Shown: positions 40,184 through 52,632, counted from the first letter of the stretch. The stretch: 64,000 bases of DNA from Bellilinea sp. (GCA_026003615.1 BPHQ01000002.1:407674-471673), one strand, 5' to 3'. Notes: generated by a model not told the origin, from the sequence alone. A program made the numbers and translations.

Positions 40184-43100
40184 ATGCATACACTCATGAC
40201 TAAAAACCTCCATGCAAATATTATTCGCTTCTTTCTTGTCATCAGCCTGCTGACCAACACTTTCCTCCCCATCCGGAAGGTCTCATCAGCGGCAAATCCG
40301 GTTTCCGCAGGCCACTTTCACCCGGCTACTCTATCATCCAATCTGGCCTCATCCCCCCTTCCTATTACCTCCCAATATCCAGTCCCTGCCTCTGTCTCTC
40401 AATCCAGCCTCCCCGCCGCTTATTACTACGCCAGCGGGATTTTGGAAACCGGCTTCGATGGCAGCCCCTGTTCGGGTTATTTCAACTGCGTTGGTACAGT
40501 ATCCTGGTCTTCCCCACTCAATGCCATTGGTGTGCAGGACGGTGCCAGCGCCAGGCTGATCAATTCCTCCCATTATACGGGTGGGAACGGCTTGCGAGCC
40601 TGCATGGTGGTCACACTGGGGCAAATCGTTCACCTCACCAACGCAGTCGTTCAAGCCTTTGTGCATCAACCACAAAACGTCACGCAGGATATGGGCATGG
40701 AGTTATCCGTATCCCCTACCCCTCTCCCCTGCGAATCGCCGGATTGGGTGGTTGCCTATCCTTATCAGGAAGTCGGGGGTTATCAAGGGGCAGGTTGGTA
40801 TGGTGGAATCTATACCGGTGATGTACAAGCCGTTCGGATTCGCGTTTGGAGTAATGGCGGTAATGCTTTTTGTGACCCAAGGGAATTCTATATCGACTCG
40901 GTTCGAGTTTATGGAACTTCATCAGCCCTCTCCAACCGCTCCAGCATGTCCTCCAATCAACCCAAGAACGGGCAGGGTGACCCACGCGAGTGTGCTGTCA
41001 ACGCCTGCGGCGATGTCAGCGCAACGGCCGGCGACCCGATTGACACCCGCACCGGCAATTTCGATTACAGCCTGGTAGATCTCTCCCTGGATACCGTTGC
41101 CGGGAAACTCTCCTTCCAGCGTTCCTATGCTTCCCTCGCCGTGAACACCACCCTCTACCCCACCGACCTCGGGCCGGGCTGGACGCACAATCAGGATGTG
41201 CGCCTGCTCTTTGAAGACGATACGATCTGGTTCAAGGCGCACACCCTCAACCAGTACCGCTTCCTCGCGCAAAGCGACAGCTCTTTTTTACCCTACCCGG
41301 GAGTGCTGGCTGAGTTGACCCACGATACCTCTACCAACACCTACCTGCTCATTGCAGCCGACCGTTCCCAATATACTTTCGATAACAACGGGCGTTTGCT
41401 GTCCTGGCGGGATGAGCGCGGTTTCGGCTTCGATTACACCTATGCGGACGGACGATTGACCCGCGTGAGCGAGCCGCTCAGCGGGCGCTTTCTGCAGTTC
41501 GAGTACCAGAACGGCCGTCTGGCTGTGGTGAGTGACTCGGCCAACCGTCAGGTCAGTTTTGGTTACGATGCCAGCGGTGACCTGACCGAATTCAGCGATG
41601 TGCGCGGCCAGGTCTGGCAGTATGCCTATCAGGATCACCGCCTGACCACCGTCATCGCCCCCGGCAATCCGCCTTTTGCGGAACTGATCGTTCACTACGA
41701 CCTGCAGGGACGCGCCTTCCAGCAATACAACGCAGCCAATGAGCGTATCGTCCACCTGACCTTCAACCCCGATGGCAGCACTACTGTGCTGGACGCACTC
41801 GACCGACCTCGCACGGACGGCTACGATGACCGCCACACCAACATCTGGCAGAGCGATCCGGCCGGTTATCTGCTGAACAAGACCTACGATGCCAACTTCC
41901 GGCCGATTGAGGTGCGTGATCCATACAACCGCAGCATCGAGTACCAGTGGAGCGCCAACGGAGCCAATCTAACCTATGTCCGCGATGCGGCGGGTAACGA
42001 AACCCATTTGGAATATGACCCGGTCAACCGACTGGTGCAGCTGACCGATCCGCTAAACCGCACCCTGACCTTCACCTATGCGGGGGCGTTGCTGCAATCC
42101 ACCAGCCTGCACACCGGCAGCGCTACGCTCACCACCACTTACACCTATACCACTGCTGCAGATTATCCCCAGCCGCCAGGACTGCTCAAAGCCGTCAGTG
42201 ACGCCCTCGGCCGCACCACCACCTACACCTATGATTCCCTCGGTCAGCTGGTACAAATTCAGGATGCCGCCCAGAACTTCACCCATTTAGAATATGACGA
42301 GATCGGGAGACCGATAAGCCTGACCGACCCGCGCGGCAGCATTACCCGCCTGAGTTACGACCCGGCGGGCAACCTGATCCGGCGGGTGCGTAATTACGAC
42401 CCCAGCAAAACCCAAAACGAGGACAATCTCTTCAACCTGACCGAGACCTTCACCTACGATGCGCTCGGCAGGCTGCAACAAGCCACCGACCCGCTCGGTC
42501 AGACCACCTCCTTCACCTACGACCCGGCCGGACGTTTGATTCAAATCACCGACCCGCTCGGCAACTCCCTCCACTTTGCCTACAATCCGGCCGGGCAATT
42601 GATCGCCCAAACCGACCGGCTCGGTCAGACAACCTCCTACGAGTACGATAGTACCGGACGGCTCTGGCGGGTGCGGGATGCCCTGAACCGCGTGGTGGTG
42701 ACTTTTTCCTACAACCCCGATGGCACACTGGCTCAGGAAAGTCATCCCACCGCCGCCGGGGACTATCTCATCTTCTACGAAACCTACGATGCCCTGCGCC
42801 GTCTGTTGCGCATCACGGATAACGCCGGACATACCCTCGAACTGACCTACAACGAATCCGGGCAGGTTACCTCGCTCACGGATGGACTTGGCCGGCTAAC
42901 CCGTTATGAGTACAACTCGTTGGGGCTTATGAGCGCCGTGGTGCAGAATGCCGTTTCGGGGGTAGCCCCCGACGCCCAGACCAATGTGCGCACCCAATAC
43001 GAATATGATCTTTTGGGCAACCTCACCGGCATCACCGATGCTAACGGCCACAGCACGACGTTTACCTATGATGTACTCGACCGACTGATTGGTATCTCCG

Positions 43101-45559
43101 ACCCGTTGGGCAACGTGACGACCTTTTCTTACGATCCGCTCGGCAACCTCACCGCCCGGCACGACCCCAACGGCAACACCATCCTCTATTCTTACGATCT
43201 CGCCAACCGGCTGCAGGCGGTGGATTATCCGCCCGGCACGGCGGATGTGTCCTTCGAATATGATCCGCTCGGCCGTCTGGCGGCCATGCAGGACGGGCTC
43301 GGCCGCACCAGCTGGTCTTACGACCCCCTCGGACGCATTACGGGGGTTACCGACCCCTTCGGCAAGACCCTGACTTACGGCTACGATGCCGAAGGCAGGC
43401 GCACCAGCCTTACCTACCCGTCTGCCACGGGCAAAGTGCTAACCTACCACTACGACCCGCCCGGGCGGCTGGTCGAGGTGCGTGAAGGCAGCACGCCGCT
43501 GGTGCAGTACATCCACGATGTCGCCGGACGGCTGATCCAGCGAAGTCTAGCCAATGGCGTCTCCAGCCATTACACCTACGATCTCAGCGGGCAGCTGATC
43601 GAACTCCAGCACCTGACCCAAGACGATATCTACACCTATGCCTACGAATACGATGCGGTCGGAAACCTGACCCTGAGCGAGGAAAGCCGCCAGAGCCGGG
43701 CTACATCCACCCCGACCGTCACACTCACCCCCAGCCCAACCCCCACCGGCACAGTTACCCTGACGCCCACCCCCTCCGTAACGCCGAGCCGTACCCCAAC
43801 CCGCACGGCTACCGCAAGCCCAAACCCCACCCGCACATCCACCTCCACCCGCACCCCCACGGCAACGCCCCTGCCGCTTCGCAAGGTCTTCCTGCCATTG
43901 GTCTGCAACCTCTGCAGTGGAACGCTCCCACCGCCCTATCCGCCACCACCTTCTTCCGGCGGCATGGATGCCCAACGTAGCAGCCCGCCGCTCGACCCCT
44001 ACCCCGCCCCGCTGCCGGAAAGCCAGACAACCCCCTCCCAAACCTCCCTCAACCCGTGGCGCTGGCTGCAGCCCCTGGCCGATTTCTTCGAGACTTTCCT
44101 GACCCGCCTGCAGACCGCGCTGCTGCCCGTTACCGGCAAAGGGCTGGCCGTTCCACCACCTGCCTCTGCTCCGCAAACCGCTGCCGAGGTGATCCAAATT
44201 GTGTACGAATACGATGCGCTCGACCGCCTGACTGCGGCCCAATCCAGCACCGGCGAGACCTTCACCTACACCTATGACCCGTCCGGCAACCGCCTCAGCC
44301 AGACGCTGAACGGCGTAACCACCCTCTACACCTACGATGCCGCCAACCGCCTATTGATCGCCGCAGGAACAGCCTTCACCTGGGACGACAACGGCAATTT
44401 GCTCTCCGACGGGCTCAACACCTATACCCACGATGCTGCCAACCGCCTGAGCGCACTCACCGGTCCTGCCGCTGCTTACACCTTTACCTACGACGGGCTG
44501 GGCAACCGCTACCAGACCACTGCCGATGGCAGCCTCACCACCTTCACGCTGGATAACGCCGCCTCACTCCCGCAGGTACTTGCCGCGGGCGACGCTCTGT
44601 ATTATCATGGATTGGAACGGATCGCCCGGCAGGATGTCGCTGGCGGGGTGGCCTACTTCCTCACCGACCGGCTCGGCTCTGTGCGTCTGCTGACCGATGC
44701 GGGCGGGAGTGTCATCCGCAGCCAGTCCTTCGACCCCTTCGGCAATCTGCTTTCGGCTAGCGGCAGCACCTTAACAAATTACGGCTTCACCGGCGAGTGG
44801 CACGACCCCACTCACCTGATTTATCTCAGAGCGCGTTACTACGCGCCGCAATGGGGACGCTTCCTCACCCGTGACCCCTTCCCCGGCATCCTCTCCCACC
44901 CCGCCACCCTCAACCCTTACCCCTACGCCCTCAACAACCCTTTGCGCTTCACCGACCCCAGCGGGGAAAACCCCTTCCTGCTGTTAGGCGGTTTCGGCGG
45001 CCTGCTGGGTGGGGCAGCCTACGGCTATGGCGTTCAGGTCATCCGCAACCTCAACCACGGGCTGTGCTTCTGGGATGCGCTCTCGTTCAATATTGATGCC
45101 GGGCAGGTGGCGCTTTACGCGGGGGTAGGCACGCTCCTCGGAACCGGTTTGGGGGCGGGAGCCGCTGGCATTTACCCCCTGCTCGCCCATCTGGGTACAG
45201 CAACCACCCTCACCACCACCCTCTCCGCAGATGGAGACCCCACCAATGAAGTACGGACTGGTGTTTACACTGTTTATCAGGTGGTTCAAAATGGCGTAAC
45301 AAAATACGTGGGCATAACAAATGATTTTGTTCGTCGAGCTGGAGAGCATCTCAGAACACGGAGCTGGGTTATCGAGCCTCTCCAAGGCCTGGAGCACTTA
45401 AGTCGCGCAGATGCTAGAGCGGTTGAACAGGTTCTGATTGAGAAGTATGGATTAGCAAACCTCTATAATCAAATTAACAGTATTTCTCCAAATAATCCAA
45501 TCTACCATGATGCTATTTCGCGTGGGTTGGAGATTCTAAGAATCATTGGGCACAAATGA
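40184..45559 (+). CDS. Rhs/YD-repeat polymorphic toxin with N-terminal signal peptide and GIY-YIG-like C-terminal nuclease
   Basis: GDPID..TGNF / RSY / GPGW (DUF6531-like), many YD repeats, core [19 protein letters not shown]; CT VY..YVGITN..RR..EH..E..LYN. Confidence 0.93.
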   Translation: MHTLMTKNLHANIIRFFLVISLLTNTFLPIRKVSSAANPVSAGHFHPATLSSNLASSPLPITSQYPVPASVSQSSLPAAYYYASGILETGFDGSPCSGYFNCVGTVSWSSPLNAIGVQDGASARLINSSHYTGGNGLRACMVVTLGQIVHLTNAVVQAFVHQPQNVTQDMGMELSVSPTPLPCESPDWVVAYPYQEVGGYQGAGWYGGIYTGDVQAVRIRVWSNGGNAFCDPREFYIDSVRVYGTSSALSNRSSMSSNQPKNGQGDPRECAVNACGDVSATAGDPIDTRTGNFDYSLVDLSLDTVAGKLSFQRSYASLAVNTTLYPTDLGPGWTHNQDVRLLFEDDTIWFKAHTLNQYRFLAQSDSSFLPYPGVLAELTHDTSTNTYLLIAADRSQYTFDNNGRLLSWRDERGFGFDYTYADGRLTRVSEPLSGRFLQFEYQNGRLAVVSDSANRQVSFGYDASGDLTEFSDVRGQVWQYAYQDHRLTTVIAPGNPPFAELIVHYDLQGRAFQQYNAANERIVHLTFNPDGSTTVLDALDRPRTDGYDDRHTNIWQSDPAGYLLNKTYDANFRPIEVRDPYNRSIEYQWSANGANLTYVRDAAGNETHLEYDPVNRLVQLTDPLNRTLTFTYAGALLQSTSLHTGSATLTTTYTYTTAADYPQPPGLLKAVSDALGRTTTYTYDSLGQLVQIQDAAQNFTHLEYDEIGRPISLTDPRGSITRLSYDPAGNLIRRVRNYDPSKTQNEDNLFNLTETFTYDALGRLQQATDPLGQTTSFTYDPAGRLIQITDPLGNSLHFAYNPAGQLIAQTDRLGQTTSYEYDSTGRLWRVRDALNRVVVTFSYNPDGTLAQESHPTAAGDYLIFYETYDALRRLLRITDNAGHTLELTYNESGQVTSLTDGLGRLTRYEYNSLGLMSAVVQNAVSGVAPDAQTNVRTQYEYDLLGNLTGITDANGHSTTFTYDVLDRLIGISDPLGNVTTFSYDPLGNLTARHDPNGNTILYSYDLANRLQAVDYPPGTADVSFEYDPLGRLAAMQDGLGRTSWSYDPLGRITGVTDPFGKTLTYGYDAEGRRTSLTYPSATGKVLTYHYDPPGRLVEVREGSTPLVQYIHDVAGRLIQRSLANGVSSHYTYDLSGQLIELQHLTQDDIYTYAYEYDAVGNLTLSEESRQSRATSTPTVTLTPSPTPTGTVTLTPTPSVTPSRTPTRTATASPNPTRTSTSTRTPTATPLPLRKVFLPLVCNLCSGTLPPPYPPPPSSGGMDAQRSSPPLDPYPAPLPESQTTPSQTSLNPWRWLQPLADFFETFLTRLQTALLPVTGKGLAVPPPASAPQTAAEVIQIVYEYDALDRLTAAQSSTGETFTYTYDPSGNRLSQTLNGVTTLYTYDAANRLLIAAGTAFTWDDNGNLLSDGLNTYTHDAANRLSALTGPAAAYTFTYDGLGNRYQTTADGSLTTFTLDNAASLPQVLAAGDALYYHGLERIARQDVAGGVAYFLTDRLGSVRLLTDAGGSVIRSQSFDPFGNLLSASGSTLTNYGFTGEWHDPTHLIYLRARYYAPQWGRFLTRDPFPGILSHPATLNPYPYALNNPLRFTDPSGENPFLLLGGFGGLLGGAAYGYGVQVIRNLNHGLCFWDALSFNIDAGQVALYAGVGTLLGTGLGAGAAGIYPLLAHLGTATTLTTTLSADGDPTNEVRTGVYTVYQVVQNGVTKYVGITNDFVRRAGEHLRTRSWVIEPLQGLEHLSRADARAVEQVLIEKYGLANLYNQINSISPNNPIYHDAISRGLEILRIIGHK

Positions 45560-45569
45560 GGAACGAGTC

Positions 45570-46064
45570 ATGATCCGTATTGGTCATATTGTTGAAATTC
45601 CTTTATCCAATCAAAGAAAAGCATACGCTCAATACATCATTAGAGATAGAATGGGGCCTATTATTAAGGTGTTCAAACATATTGGAATGGAGAAGCCAGA
45701 TCTGGACTTAATTGTAAATTCCGGTGAATTATTTCCTCCAGTAATTACAGGGCTATTTGCCGCAGTGAGGACAGGACTCTGGACCATCATTGGATCAAGA
45801 AGGGTTGAGAATCTTCAATATCCGGGGTTCGTATCTACCTTTTATAATCAAAAAACTGGTGAAGCCACCATCTGGTATTACTGGGATGGAAAGCAATCCA
45901 TACGCCTTGGTCCTGTCTTACCCGATGAATACAAAGCCAAAGAATACCTGATGGTTTGGAGTCCTTATGATGTGATGCATCGCATTGAAACCGGCGAATA
46001 TCCTTTCCCTTATAAAGACCTGATCCTTTACAACAGGTTTACTCCCCGAAATTTCAATTCATAA
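45570..46064 (+). CDS. Immunity protein (Imm26-like), cognate to the Rhs CT
   Basis: IGHIVEIPL..KAYAQY N-terminal pattern; directly after the toxin; AT-rich. Confidence 0.7.
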   Translation: MIRIGHIVEIPLSNQRKAYAQYIIRDRMGPIIKVFKHIGMEKPDLDLIVNSGELFPPVITGLFAAVRTGLWTIIGSRRVENLQYPGFVSTFYNQKTGEATIWYYWDGKQSIRLGPVLPDEYKAKEYLMVWSPYDVMHRIETGEYPFPYKDLILYNRFTPRNFNS

Positions 46065-46140
46065 CTTTCTCAATTACTTTCTCACCTAAAATAATCCACG
46101 CACCTTTAAAAATTTATACAAAACCTCCCCATAGTCCTAT

Positions 46141-46779
46141 TTGATGATAGGCTTTTGGTACGACCCCAGCGGGGAGTTCATCGAGACACTCTTCGATGCA
46201 GCCATGCTGGGCTTTGACCTTTACACGATTGCCGATAAGGTCAGGCGCGGCTGTGCCGTTGGCTGGGGAGACTGGGCTGCACTGGGGTTAGATGCCCTCA
46301 GCCTGGCAGTGCCTTTCCTGCCCGCTGGGGGCTTGGTCATCCGCTTTGCCGCCCACGCCGATGATGCGGGTGATGTGGCAAGACTGACAAGAGACATTAA
46401 TTCCTTATATGACGGTGTTCGTTCTGCTTCCGCTTACCTTCAAAAAATGGGAGTTCCACATTCGCTAAGAAAGCAAATTATCGAGTCGTTTGAGATCCCC
46501 ACCATTAGAGTTAGGGTATCTACTTTTGCTGAATATGGAATCAGGTACTATGACAACATCAATGCTTTTGAAAAAGGCCGCTTTCTCTTCGAGACATTTC
46601 CTGCCTCTCAACAAAGTTTGGCTATTAAGCGCGAATGGAATCAAATGACTCGCTTCAGACAATGGCAAATCCGCCCTGGCACAACAATCATTGAAGGTCG
46701 AGCCGCTCCTCAAGGACAGTTCTTACCAGGGGGTCAAATTCAAAAATTCGTGTTGAGCTTAGAGGATTTGATACCGTGA
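46141..46779 (+). CDS. Orphan Rhs C-terminal toxin cassette 1
   Basis: Begins at YDPSG; ends G.AAPQG..LPGGQIQ; no convincing start. Confidence 0.7.
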   Translation: MMIGFWYDPSGEFIETLFDAAMLGFDLYTIADKVRRGCAVGWGDWAALGLDALSLAVPFLPAGGLVIRFAAHADDAGDVARLTRDINSLYDGVRSASAYLQKMGVPHSLRKQIIESFEIPTIRVRVSTFAEYGIRYYDNINAFEKGRFLFETFPASQQSLAIKREWNQMTRFRQWQIRPGTTIIEGRAAPQGQFLPGGQIQKFVLSLEDLIP

Positions 46780-47078
46780 AAAAAGAGCAGGTGGTTACAA
46801 CCATTCAACAAGCAGTTGATGCCCTTGATGATCATGTTGCATCCGTTTCAGTTCCTGAATCTGGGCCTATGTCAAGAAAGCAATTGGAATTCTTTCGCGA
46901 ACAGTTATTAGATATGCTCAAATGCATTCAGGAAAATCGTCAGAGCCTGAGCACAAGGACGATGATGGGAAAGATAATTATAGACTCTTGGCCATTAAAT
47001 TCTATTCTTGGAGAGATGATCATCAAAGCAGAACAAAACTTTTGGGATTATAACCAGTTATCCAAGAGGAAATCTTAA
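46776..47078 (+). CDS. Putative immunity protein 1
   Basis: GTGA overlap with the CT; IIDSWP motif. Confidence 0.65.
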   Translation: MKKEQVVTTIQQAVDALDDHVASVSVPESGPMSRKQLEFFREQLLDMLKCIQENRQSLSTRTMMGKIIIDSWPLNSILGEMIIKAEQNFWDYNQLSKRKS

Positions 47079-47181
47079 TGCCGAAAATCTTCCCCAATAT
47101 AGCCGACATAGATTTGCTCCTAAGGTATCCAGATTAGTAAATTTTCCCATTTTTGCTGCACCTTAACAACACGAGCTTTCC

Positions 47182-47871
47182 TTGCCCCCTCCGCTTCACC
47201 GACCCCAGCGGGGAAAACCCCTTCCTGCTGTTAGACGGTTTCGGCGGCCTGCTGGGTGGGGCAGCCTACGGGTATGGCGTTTTCAGGTTATCCGCAACCT
47301 CAACCACGGGCTGTGCTTCTGGGATGCGCTCTCGTTCAATATTGATGCCGGGCAGGTGGCGCTTTACGCGGGGGTAGGCACGCTCCTCGGAACCGGTTTG
47401 GGGGCGGGAGCCGCTGGCATTTACCCCCTGCTCGCCCATCTGGGTACAGCAACCACCCTCACCACCACCCTCTCCGCAGATGGAGACCCCACCAATGAAG
47501 TCAAAGCAGCACTCCAGGGTTTCGGCAATCTCAGTCAGGCTGCCAGATATGGAATCCAGCCAGCCAATCAGCTGAAAAATCTGATCTCTGGAACCGGACT
47601 TCAAGTTCATCACCTCATCGAACAAAGACTCGCTTCTGCGCTGGGTCAATCTCCATCACAGGCTCGACAATGGTTGAGTGTCGCGGTCACTCCGGAAGAA
47701 CATCAGGTGTTTACTAATGCATGGAGAAATGCTATTGGATACATTAATTCCAGTAATCCAATAAATACCGCATCTGTTACTAAAGAGTATGTCTGGTCGG
47801 TGACTCAAGATATATACTCCAGACATCCATCGTTATTAGAAGCAGCCAGACGAACAATCTTCGGACAATAG
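47182..47871 (+). pseudogene. Orphan Rhs CT cassette 2 (HH-motif nuclease-like)
   Basis: About 310 bp nearly identical to about 44938-45250 (with a 2-T insertion), diverging after DGDPTNEV; LQVHHLIEQR..EEH..FT. Confidence 0.75.
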
Positions 47872-47880
47872 GAGAACAGA

Positions 47881-48711
47881 ATGGAAATCTGGCACAGGGT
47901 TACTTTCAACGCAACCTCAAAGCCAATTTTCTTAGAAACCATCAAGGGTATGAAATTAAATTATAAAACTTTACAGTTGCCCGGTGGTGGGGGATTATTG
48001 GTTTTCCTTGATATCGCCGAGACTAATTCGAATTGGCCAGCGGTATCCAGGTTAATTTCATCATTAGGAGCAGCCGACTTACAGGAAACCATTTTCTCCG
48101 AAGAAGAAATCCGCTCAGCCGCATGGCTTCGCATGATTTGTGTTTTCGAACAGGGGTACCCGCAGCCCAGAATGACCTGGCCATTCAATCAACCGGATCG
48201 GGAACTGCTCTGCCCCAAGTGCGCTATCTATCGCCAGATTGCCCCCATGCACATCGCCAAAGAGCCCCATCTCGGGAGAAAAGCCTTCATGACCACCATT
48301 TTGACCCATGAGATTTTGTGTATCCCAGCAGTCCTTCAAGAGTTGCAAGAAATTCAAGCCACGGGATATGAAGATTGGGACGTAATCCTTCACAAGACCG
48401 GACAGGTTTCTCAGCGGGTACGCCAGTTGTTCATCCCAACCGTTGCCCGCCCAGGAGCCTTGTTGGGTGAAGAACACCCAAGGACGGTTTGTCCCCAATG
48501 TGGCACGATAAAATATGAAGCACACATGCGGGGCGTGCTGCTAATTAAAAGCAATGCCCTGCTTCCAAACACCGATTTCATGCTGACCCACGAATGGTTC
48601 GGTTCAGGTTATTTTTCGTGGCGAGAGATTATCGTCTCCAATCGGATTGCTCAACTGGTTCTTGACAAGGGCTGGCAAGGCATCCGCTTCAAAGTAGTAG
48701 AAATTGTATGA
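47881..48711 (+). CDS. Putative immunity protein 2 with two CxxC motifs
   Basis: SD AGGAG; CPKC and CPQCG; THEWFG..REIIVS. Confidence 0.65.
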   Translation: MEIWHRVTFNATSKPIFLETIKGMKLNYKTLQLPGGGGLLVFLDIAETNSNWPAVSRLISSLGAADLQETIFSEEEIRSAAWLRMICVFEQGYPQPRMTWPFNQPDRELLCPKCAIYRQIAPMHIAKEPHLGRKAFMTTILTHEILCIPAVLQELQEIQATGYEDWDVILHKTGQVSQRVRQLFIPTVARPGALLGEEHPRTVCPQCGTIKYEAHMRGVLLIKSNALLPNTDFMLTHEWFGSGYFSWREIIVSNRIAQLVLDKGWQGIRFKVVEIV

Positions 48712-48806
48712 GCAAAGGGATGGCTTTAATAAGGGTGAATTCCTTCTAATCCATAAACCATTGAGCTATCCGCTGTAATAGCACTTTAACAATCTAACTT
48801 TCCCAG

Positions 48807-49669
48807 CCCGCCACCCTCAACCCTTACCCCTACGCCCTCAACAACCCCCTGCGTTTCACCGACCCCAGCGGGGAAAACCCCTTTTTGATTGCCGCTTTCG
48901 CAAGCGGGATGATCGGCGGCGGAATCAATCTTGCTTCACAGCTGTACCACTTACAACCCACCAGTCTGGCACAGGCCCTGCGTTGTGTCCATTGGGGCGA
49001 GGTAGGGATTTCGTTCGCCGCTGGGACGGTTGCCGGACTGACCGGCTTTGGCGTGTTTGGCGGGCTAACCGCGCTGTTTAGCAGTGGGCTGCTGGCAAAC
49101 ATCACCGCGGGAGCAGTTTCAGGCATGGTTGCCGGTCAGTATGGCCGCATAACCACCCTGGCACTGAGTGGCAACTTGAGCAGTGCGGGAAGCGTTCTCT
49201 TTCGCCCGCAAGCCTGATGTTGGATGCGGCTCTGGGCGGAGTTGGCGGCGCCGCCGGATATGGACTGCAACGAGGCACAGCCGGTATTGCCGAAGATTTG
49301 CTACAAAGCATGACCCGCAGCGCCAACCGGAGACTGGCTGCCAATCCCCGACTGGCTCAAGCCGTGTTACACAGAGGGGAATATCTGGCAGCACAAACCA
49401 ATCCAGCCATGGCCCGCATGCAATACGGCAACGCGGTAGAAAGAATGGTGGGACAGAGGGTAGAACACACCCCCTTCAACTACTTCTTTGAGTATGTGGG
49501 TGGGCCAAGCAATCCCGATTTTATCGGTAAAGGTATATTTAGCGGATTAACCTTTGATATTACCTCCAACTCACCTCGATCAATTGCCAGCCACCTTACG
49601 AGAAGTTATGGGGATGGCTTGATCCTCTTGACATATGTACGACCTTCAAATTTCAGGGTGTTTCCATGA
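48807..49669 (+). pseudogene. Orphan Rhs CT cassette 3 (restriction-endonuclease-fold-like), frameshifted near 49215
   Basis: Starts with a copy of the core end [25 protein letters not shown]; CT YGNAVE..NPDF..FDITS. Confidence 0.7.
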
Positions 49670-50361
49670 TAAAAACCTTTGACCGTCAGGAATTTCGAAG
49701 TTTCCATGACCGAAATTCAGGCCGGGTATTCGCTGATCTTTGTTTTAAGTATTGCCGTTTTGTTAGTTGCTCAGTATCCACAACCTTGAGCCCTCGCAAA
49801 AGATCCCTTGTCCAAAACATCTGTTTCTATGGCTGTGAAGTGCGGGGTTGTATGATTAACCCTGCCATTGTGGAAGATGTTCTCATCAGCAGCTTGAAGA
49901 CCCATACTTTGCTTCAAACCTGGGGGACTGTTTTCAAACATGTCAAGCTTGAAGGAAACATTGGCAGGATCATGATCAGCCCTTTCATCGCTCCGGGGGT
50001 GGCAAAGCCTCATCAGCAGGCAGCCTTCGATAAAGCCAATGCGGAATACTACCAGCAGGTGGACTGGGCACTGGATATCAGCGAGGCCCGCTTTTATGAG
50101 TGTGATATTCGTGGCATTCCCGCCCGTCTGATTCGTCGTGACCCGCGAACTCAGGTTGTGGTAACTCGAGAAAAGGCCCTCCTCGGCGACTGGCGAAAAC
50201 TAGACTTGTCCAGAACATTCTGGAGCGGATGGATTGAACTTTTCTTGCAAGAGGATGCACTAGATGTTGTCCTGGTGGCGCCCAAGCGGCATCCCAAATT
50301 CAATGACTTGCTGGATGGTTTGAAAATGCTGCGGGATGCCGGAGTAGCCGAACCGGATTAG
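49666..50361 (+). CDS. Putative immunity protein 3
   Basis: ATGA overlap with the CT; 231 aa. Confidence 0.65.
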   Translation: MIKTFDRQEFRSFHDRNSGRVFADLCFKYCRFVSCSVSTTLSPRKRSLVQNICFYGCEVRGCMINPAIVEDVLISSLKTHTLLQTWGTVFKHVKLEGNIGRIMISPFIAPGVAKPHQQAAFDKANAEYYQQVDWALDISEARFYECDIRGIPARLIRRDPRTQVVVTREKALLGDWRKLDLSRTFWSGWIELFLQEDALDVVLVAPKRHPKFNDLLDGLKMLRDAGVAEPD

Positions 50362-50478
50362 TGCCCCCTATCTTTCGTGCACCTTAACAACGCGGCCTTT
50401 CAATCGTTCCAAACAACCCCAACCAGGTCAGGCGCGGTTGTGCCGTTGGCTGGGGAGATTGGGCTGCGCTGGGGTTAG

Positions 50479-51495
50479 ATGCCCTCAGCTTGGCAGTGCC
50501 TTTGGCGCAACTACATCTTCATCGGCAGCCAGCGGATTGCCGTAAGGGAATATACCGCCGCCGCCAGCAGTGTCTATTTCCTGTTCGGTGATCATTTGGG
50601 TTCGACCAGCGTAGTGACCGATAGCGTCGGCTCATTTCGTTCCCGCTTTCTCTACAAAGCGTGGGGTGAATTGCGCTATACTACCGGTGAGTATTCCGTG
50701 CGCTACAAATTCACCGCCCAACGAGAGGAAGCCACCCTGGGACTGTACGACTACCGCGCCCGTTTCTACGACCCCCTGCTGGGACGCTTCATCCAGCCGG
50801 ATAGTATCGTGCCGGATCCATACAACCACTTAGATGGGGATCGTTACAGCTATGTGCGAAACAATCCAGTCCGTTATGCAGATCCTACTGGTCATATGGT
50901 TGCCTGCGACCGAGATGACTGGGCTTGCCAAACTCATTGGAGTTATCCACCAATACCTGTAAACAATGATCCGTACACCTTCACCCAAGAAGACTTAAGT
51001 GCAATAACACCGGACGGGAGAAAAAATTCTTTTGTAATCGCTATAGGTATTCCAAGCAACCTTCGGGCAAGGCATCGTGACGAAATGAAAATCCCTACCG
51101 TACTTCATTGGGGGCTCAGTATTGTTTATGATCGTACCGGAGGAGTACAACTTTATTCCAAACCCCTGGCAATTGACTTCAAGCCACGTCTTGAGTTGCT
51201 CTCCGGTGAACAGGCAAATCCATCTGAACTTTTTGGTGCGGGTTTTTCTGTCACTAAGGGCTTAATTTGGAAGGAGGAATTTAATACGAAAGATTATTAT
51301 GGCGAAGCAGTTGTTTGGGGAGGAGGTTTCGACATTCTCACTGCTGATTACTACGAGAGTTTTCCGAATAAAACTTTGAAGGGTTTTGATATTGGGCTTA
51401 GCGCCGGTTCACCCGTTTCTGGATGGAGGATTTCAACTTTTGCCCATCCCATAACAAAACGGTTTGATATTACATTTTGGTCAAAGAAGTATTGA
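50479..51495 (+). CDS. Orphan Rhs core + CT cassette 4 (second Rhs lineage)
   Basis: GDHLGSTS, YKFTAQREE..YDYRARFYDPLLGRFIQPD..DPTGH. Confidence 0.75.
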   Translation: MPSAWQCLWRNYIFIGSQRIAVREYTAAASSVYFLFGDHLGSTSVVTDSVGSFRSRFLYKAWGELRYTTGEYSVRYKFTAQREEATLGLYDYRARFYDPLLGRFIQPDSIVPDPYNHLDGDRYSYVRNNPVRYADPTGHMVACDRDDWACQTHWSYPPIPVNNDPYTFTQEDLSAITPDGRKNSFVIAIGIPSNLRARHRDEMKIPTVLHWGLSIVYDRTGGVQLYSKPLAIDFKPRLELLSGEQANPSELFGAGFSVTKGLIWKEEFNTKDYYGEAVVWGGGFDILTADYYESFPNKTLKGFDIGLSAGSPVSGWRISTFAHPITKRFDITFWSKKY

Positions 51496-51558
51496 GTTCA
51501 GAACCTTGTTATCCTCTGACAATAAAAAATCAAAAGAACCGTATTTGAGGAACTTAGA

Positions 51559-52632
51559 ATGGAAAAAGTTTGGATAAAAGCAATCGGAATTGCGGCATTG
51601 ATGATTCTGACTTTGGTTACGATTGCATGGACATTTGCGAGCTCTCCCCCCATCCCAAAGAATTTCCCTTTATCACAAAAATGGGAAACGAAAATTGTTG
51701 GGGACATTGAACAAATCTCGATCGTTGACAATCGAATCGTTATCGCTAGAACAATTACACGAATCTATGCCCTCGATGCTACCACAGGAAATATGTTGTG
51801 GGAACGTACGACAGCCTGGCATCTCTCTTACCAGCCAGTTATAGCATCAGAGACGATGCTATTCCTGACCGACGGTAAGGGAATTGTCGCTTTGAACAAG
51901 TCTGATGGTTCCCTTGTTTGGCAACAGTCGTTACGGTATCCCTCCGGTGCTGAGGTTACGGATATTTTCCAAAACCTCATTGCGGTAAATGATACCCCCT
52001 TTCTTTCTGTTTATAGAGCAGATGATGGTACTTTAGTGTGGGATAAATGGGTTTGTAGAGAACCTGTCCAAACTTATTTCTTTAACTCCCACATTGTTGT
52101 GCCTTGTTTTGGGTTTATTGTAATGGATGCTTTTTCGGGTGAGACGATTTTAGAAGTAAGATCAGAGCCGGGCCTTGATCGAATATGGGAGTCTGCATTT
52201 GCCGATGGCGTAGTTTATTATTCCCAGGATTTAGAACACATCTCTGCCTATGATCTGAAAAATAGTAAGCAATTATGGAATACACCCCTCGAAAATGATC
52301 GATCCCAGAAGTTTGAAGTTTTTGGGAAAAATCTTATTGTGACGACCGATGATCAAATTTGCATGATAAACCGAGACACAGGCAACATTACTTGGTGTGT
52401 GAATAATCTTATCAAAGCAAGCAACCCCACGATCTTCGCGGATCAACTGTATCTTTTCAACGGATTGCGTCACGGTATTACGGCCTACGATGTTCGCGAA
52501 GGGGAACAAAGAGGAAGACTCGAATTGCCTGCCTACAATTTCATCACCGTTGATAACCGAAATTTGATGGCATCATCTGATAAGTTTCTGATATTTGGGT
52601 TGAGAAATTATATTTTTGCCTATGGTAAATAA
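51559..52632 (+). CDS. Membrane-anchored PQQ-like beta-propeller protein (possible immunity)
   Basis: N-terminal TM; repeated YALD..TG..LW-type blades. Confidence 0.75.
   Translation: MEKVWIKAIGIAALMILTLVTIAWTFASSPPIPKNFPLSQKWETKIVGDIEQISIVDNRIVIARTITRIYALDATTGNMLWERTTAWHLSYQPVIASETMLFLTDGKGIVALNKSDGSLVWQQSLRYPSGAEVTDIFQNLIAVNDTPFLSVYRADDGTLVWDKWVCREPVQTYFFNSHIVVPCFGFIVMDAFSGETILEVRSEPGLDRIWESAFADGVVYYSQDLEHISAYDLKNSKQLWNTPLENDRSQKFEVFGKNLIVTTDDQICMINRDTGNITWCVNNLIKASNPTIFADQLYLFNGLRHGITAYDVREGEQRGRLELPAYNFITVDNRNLMASSDKFLIFGLRNYIFAYGK

Noticed and set aside
40349-44277. Long antisense ORFs within the rhs gene, and similar ones at 57401-59349 and 61292-63871
   Set aside because: Shadow frames from high GC3 codon bias opposite clear genes.
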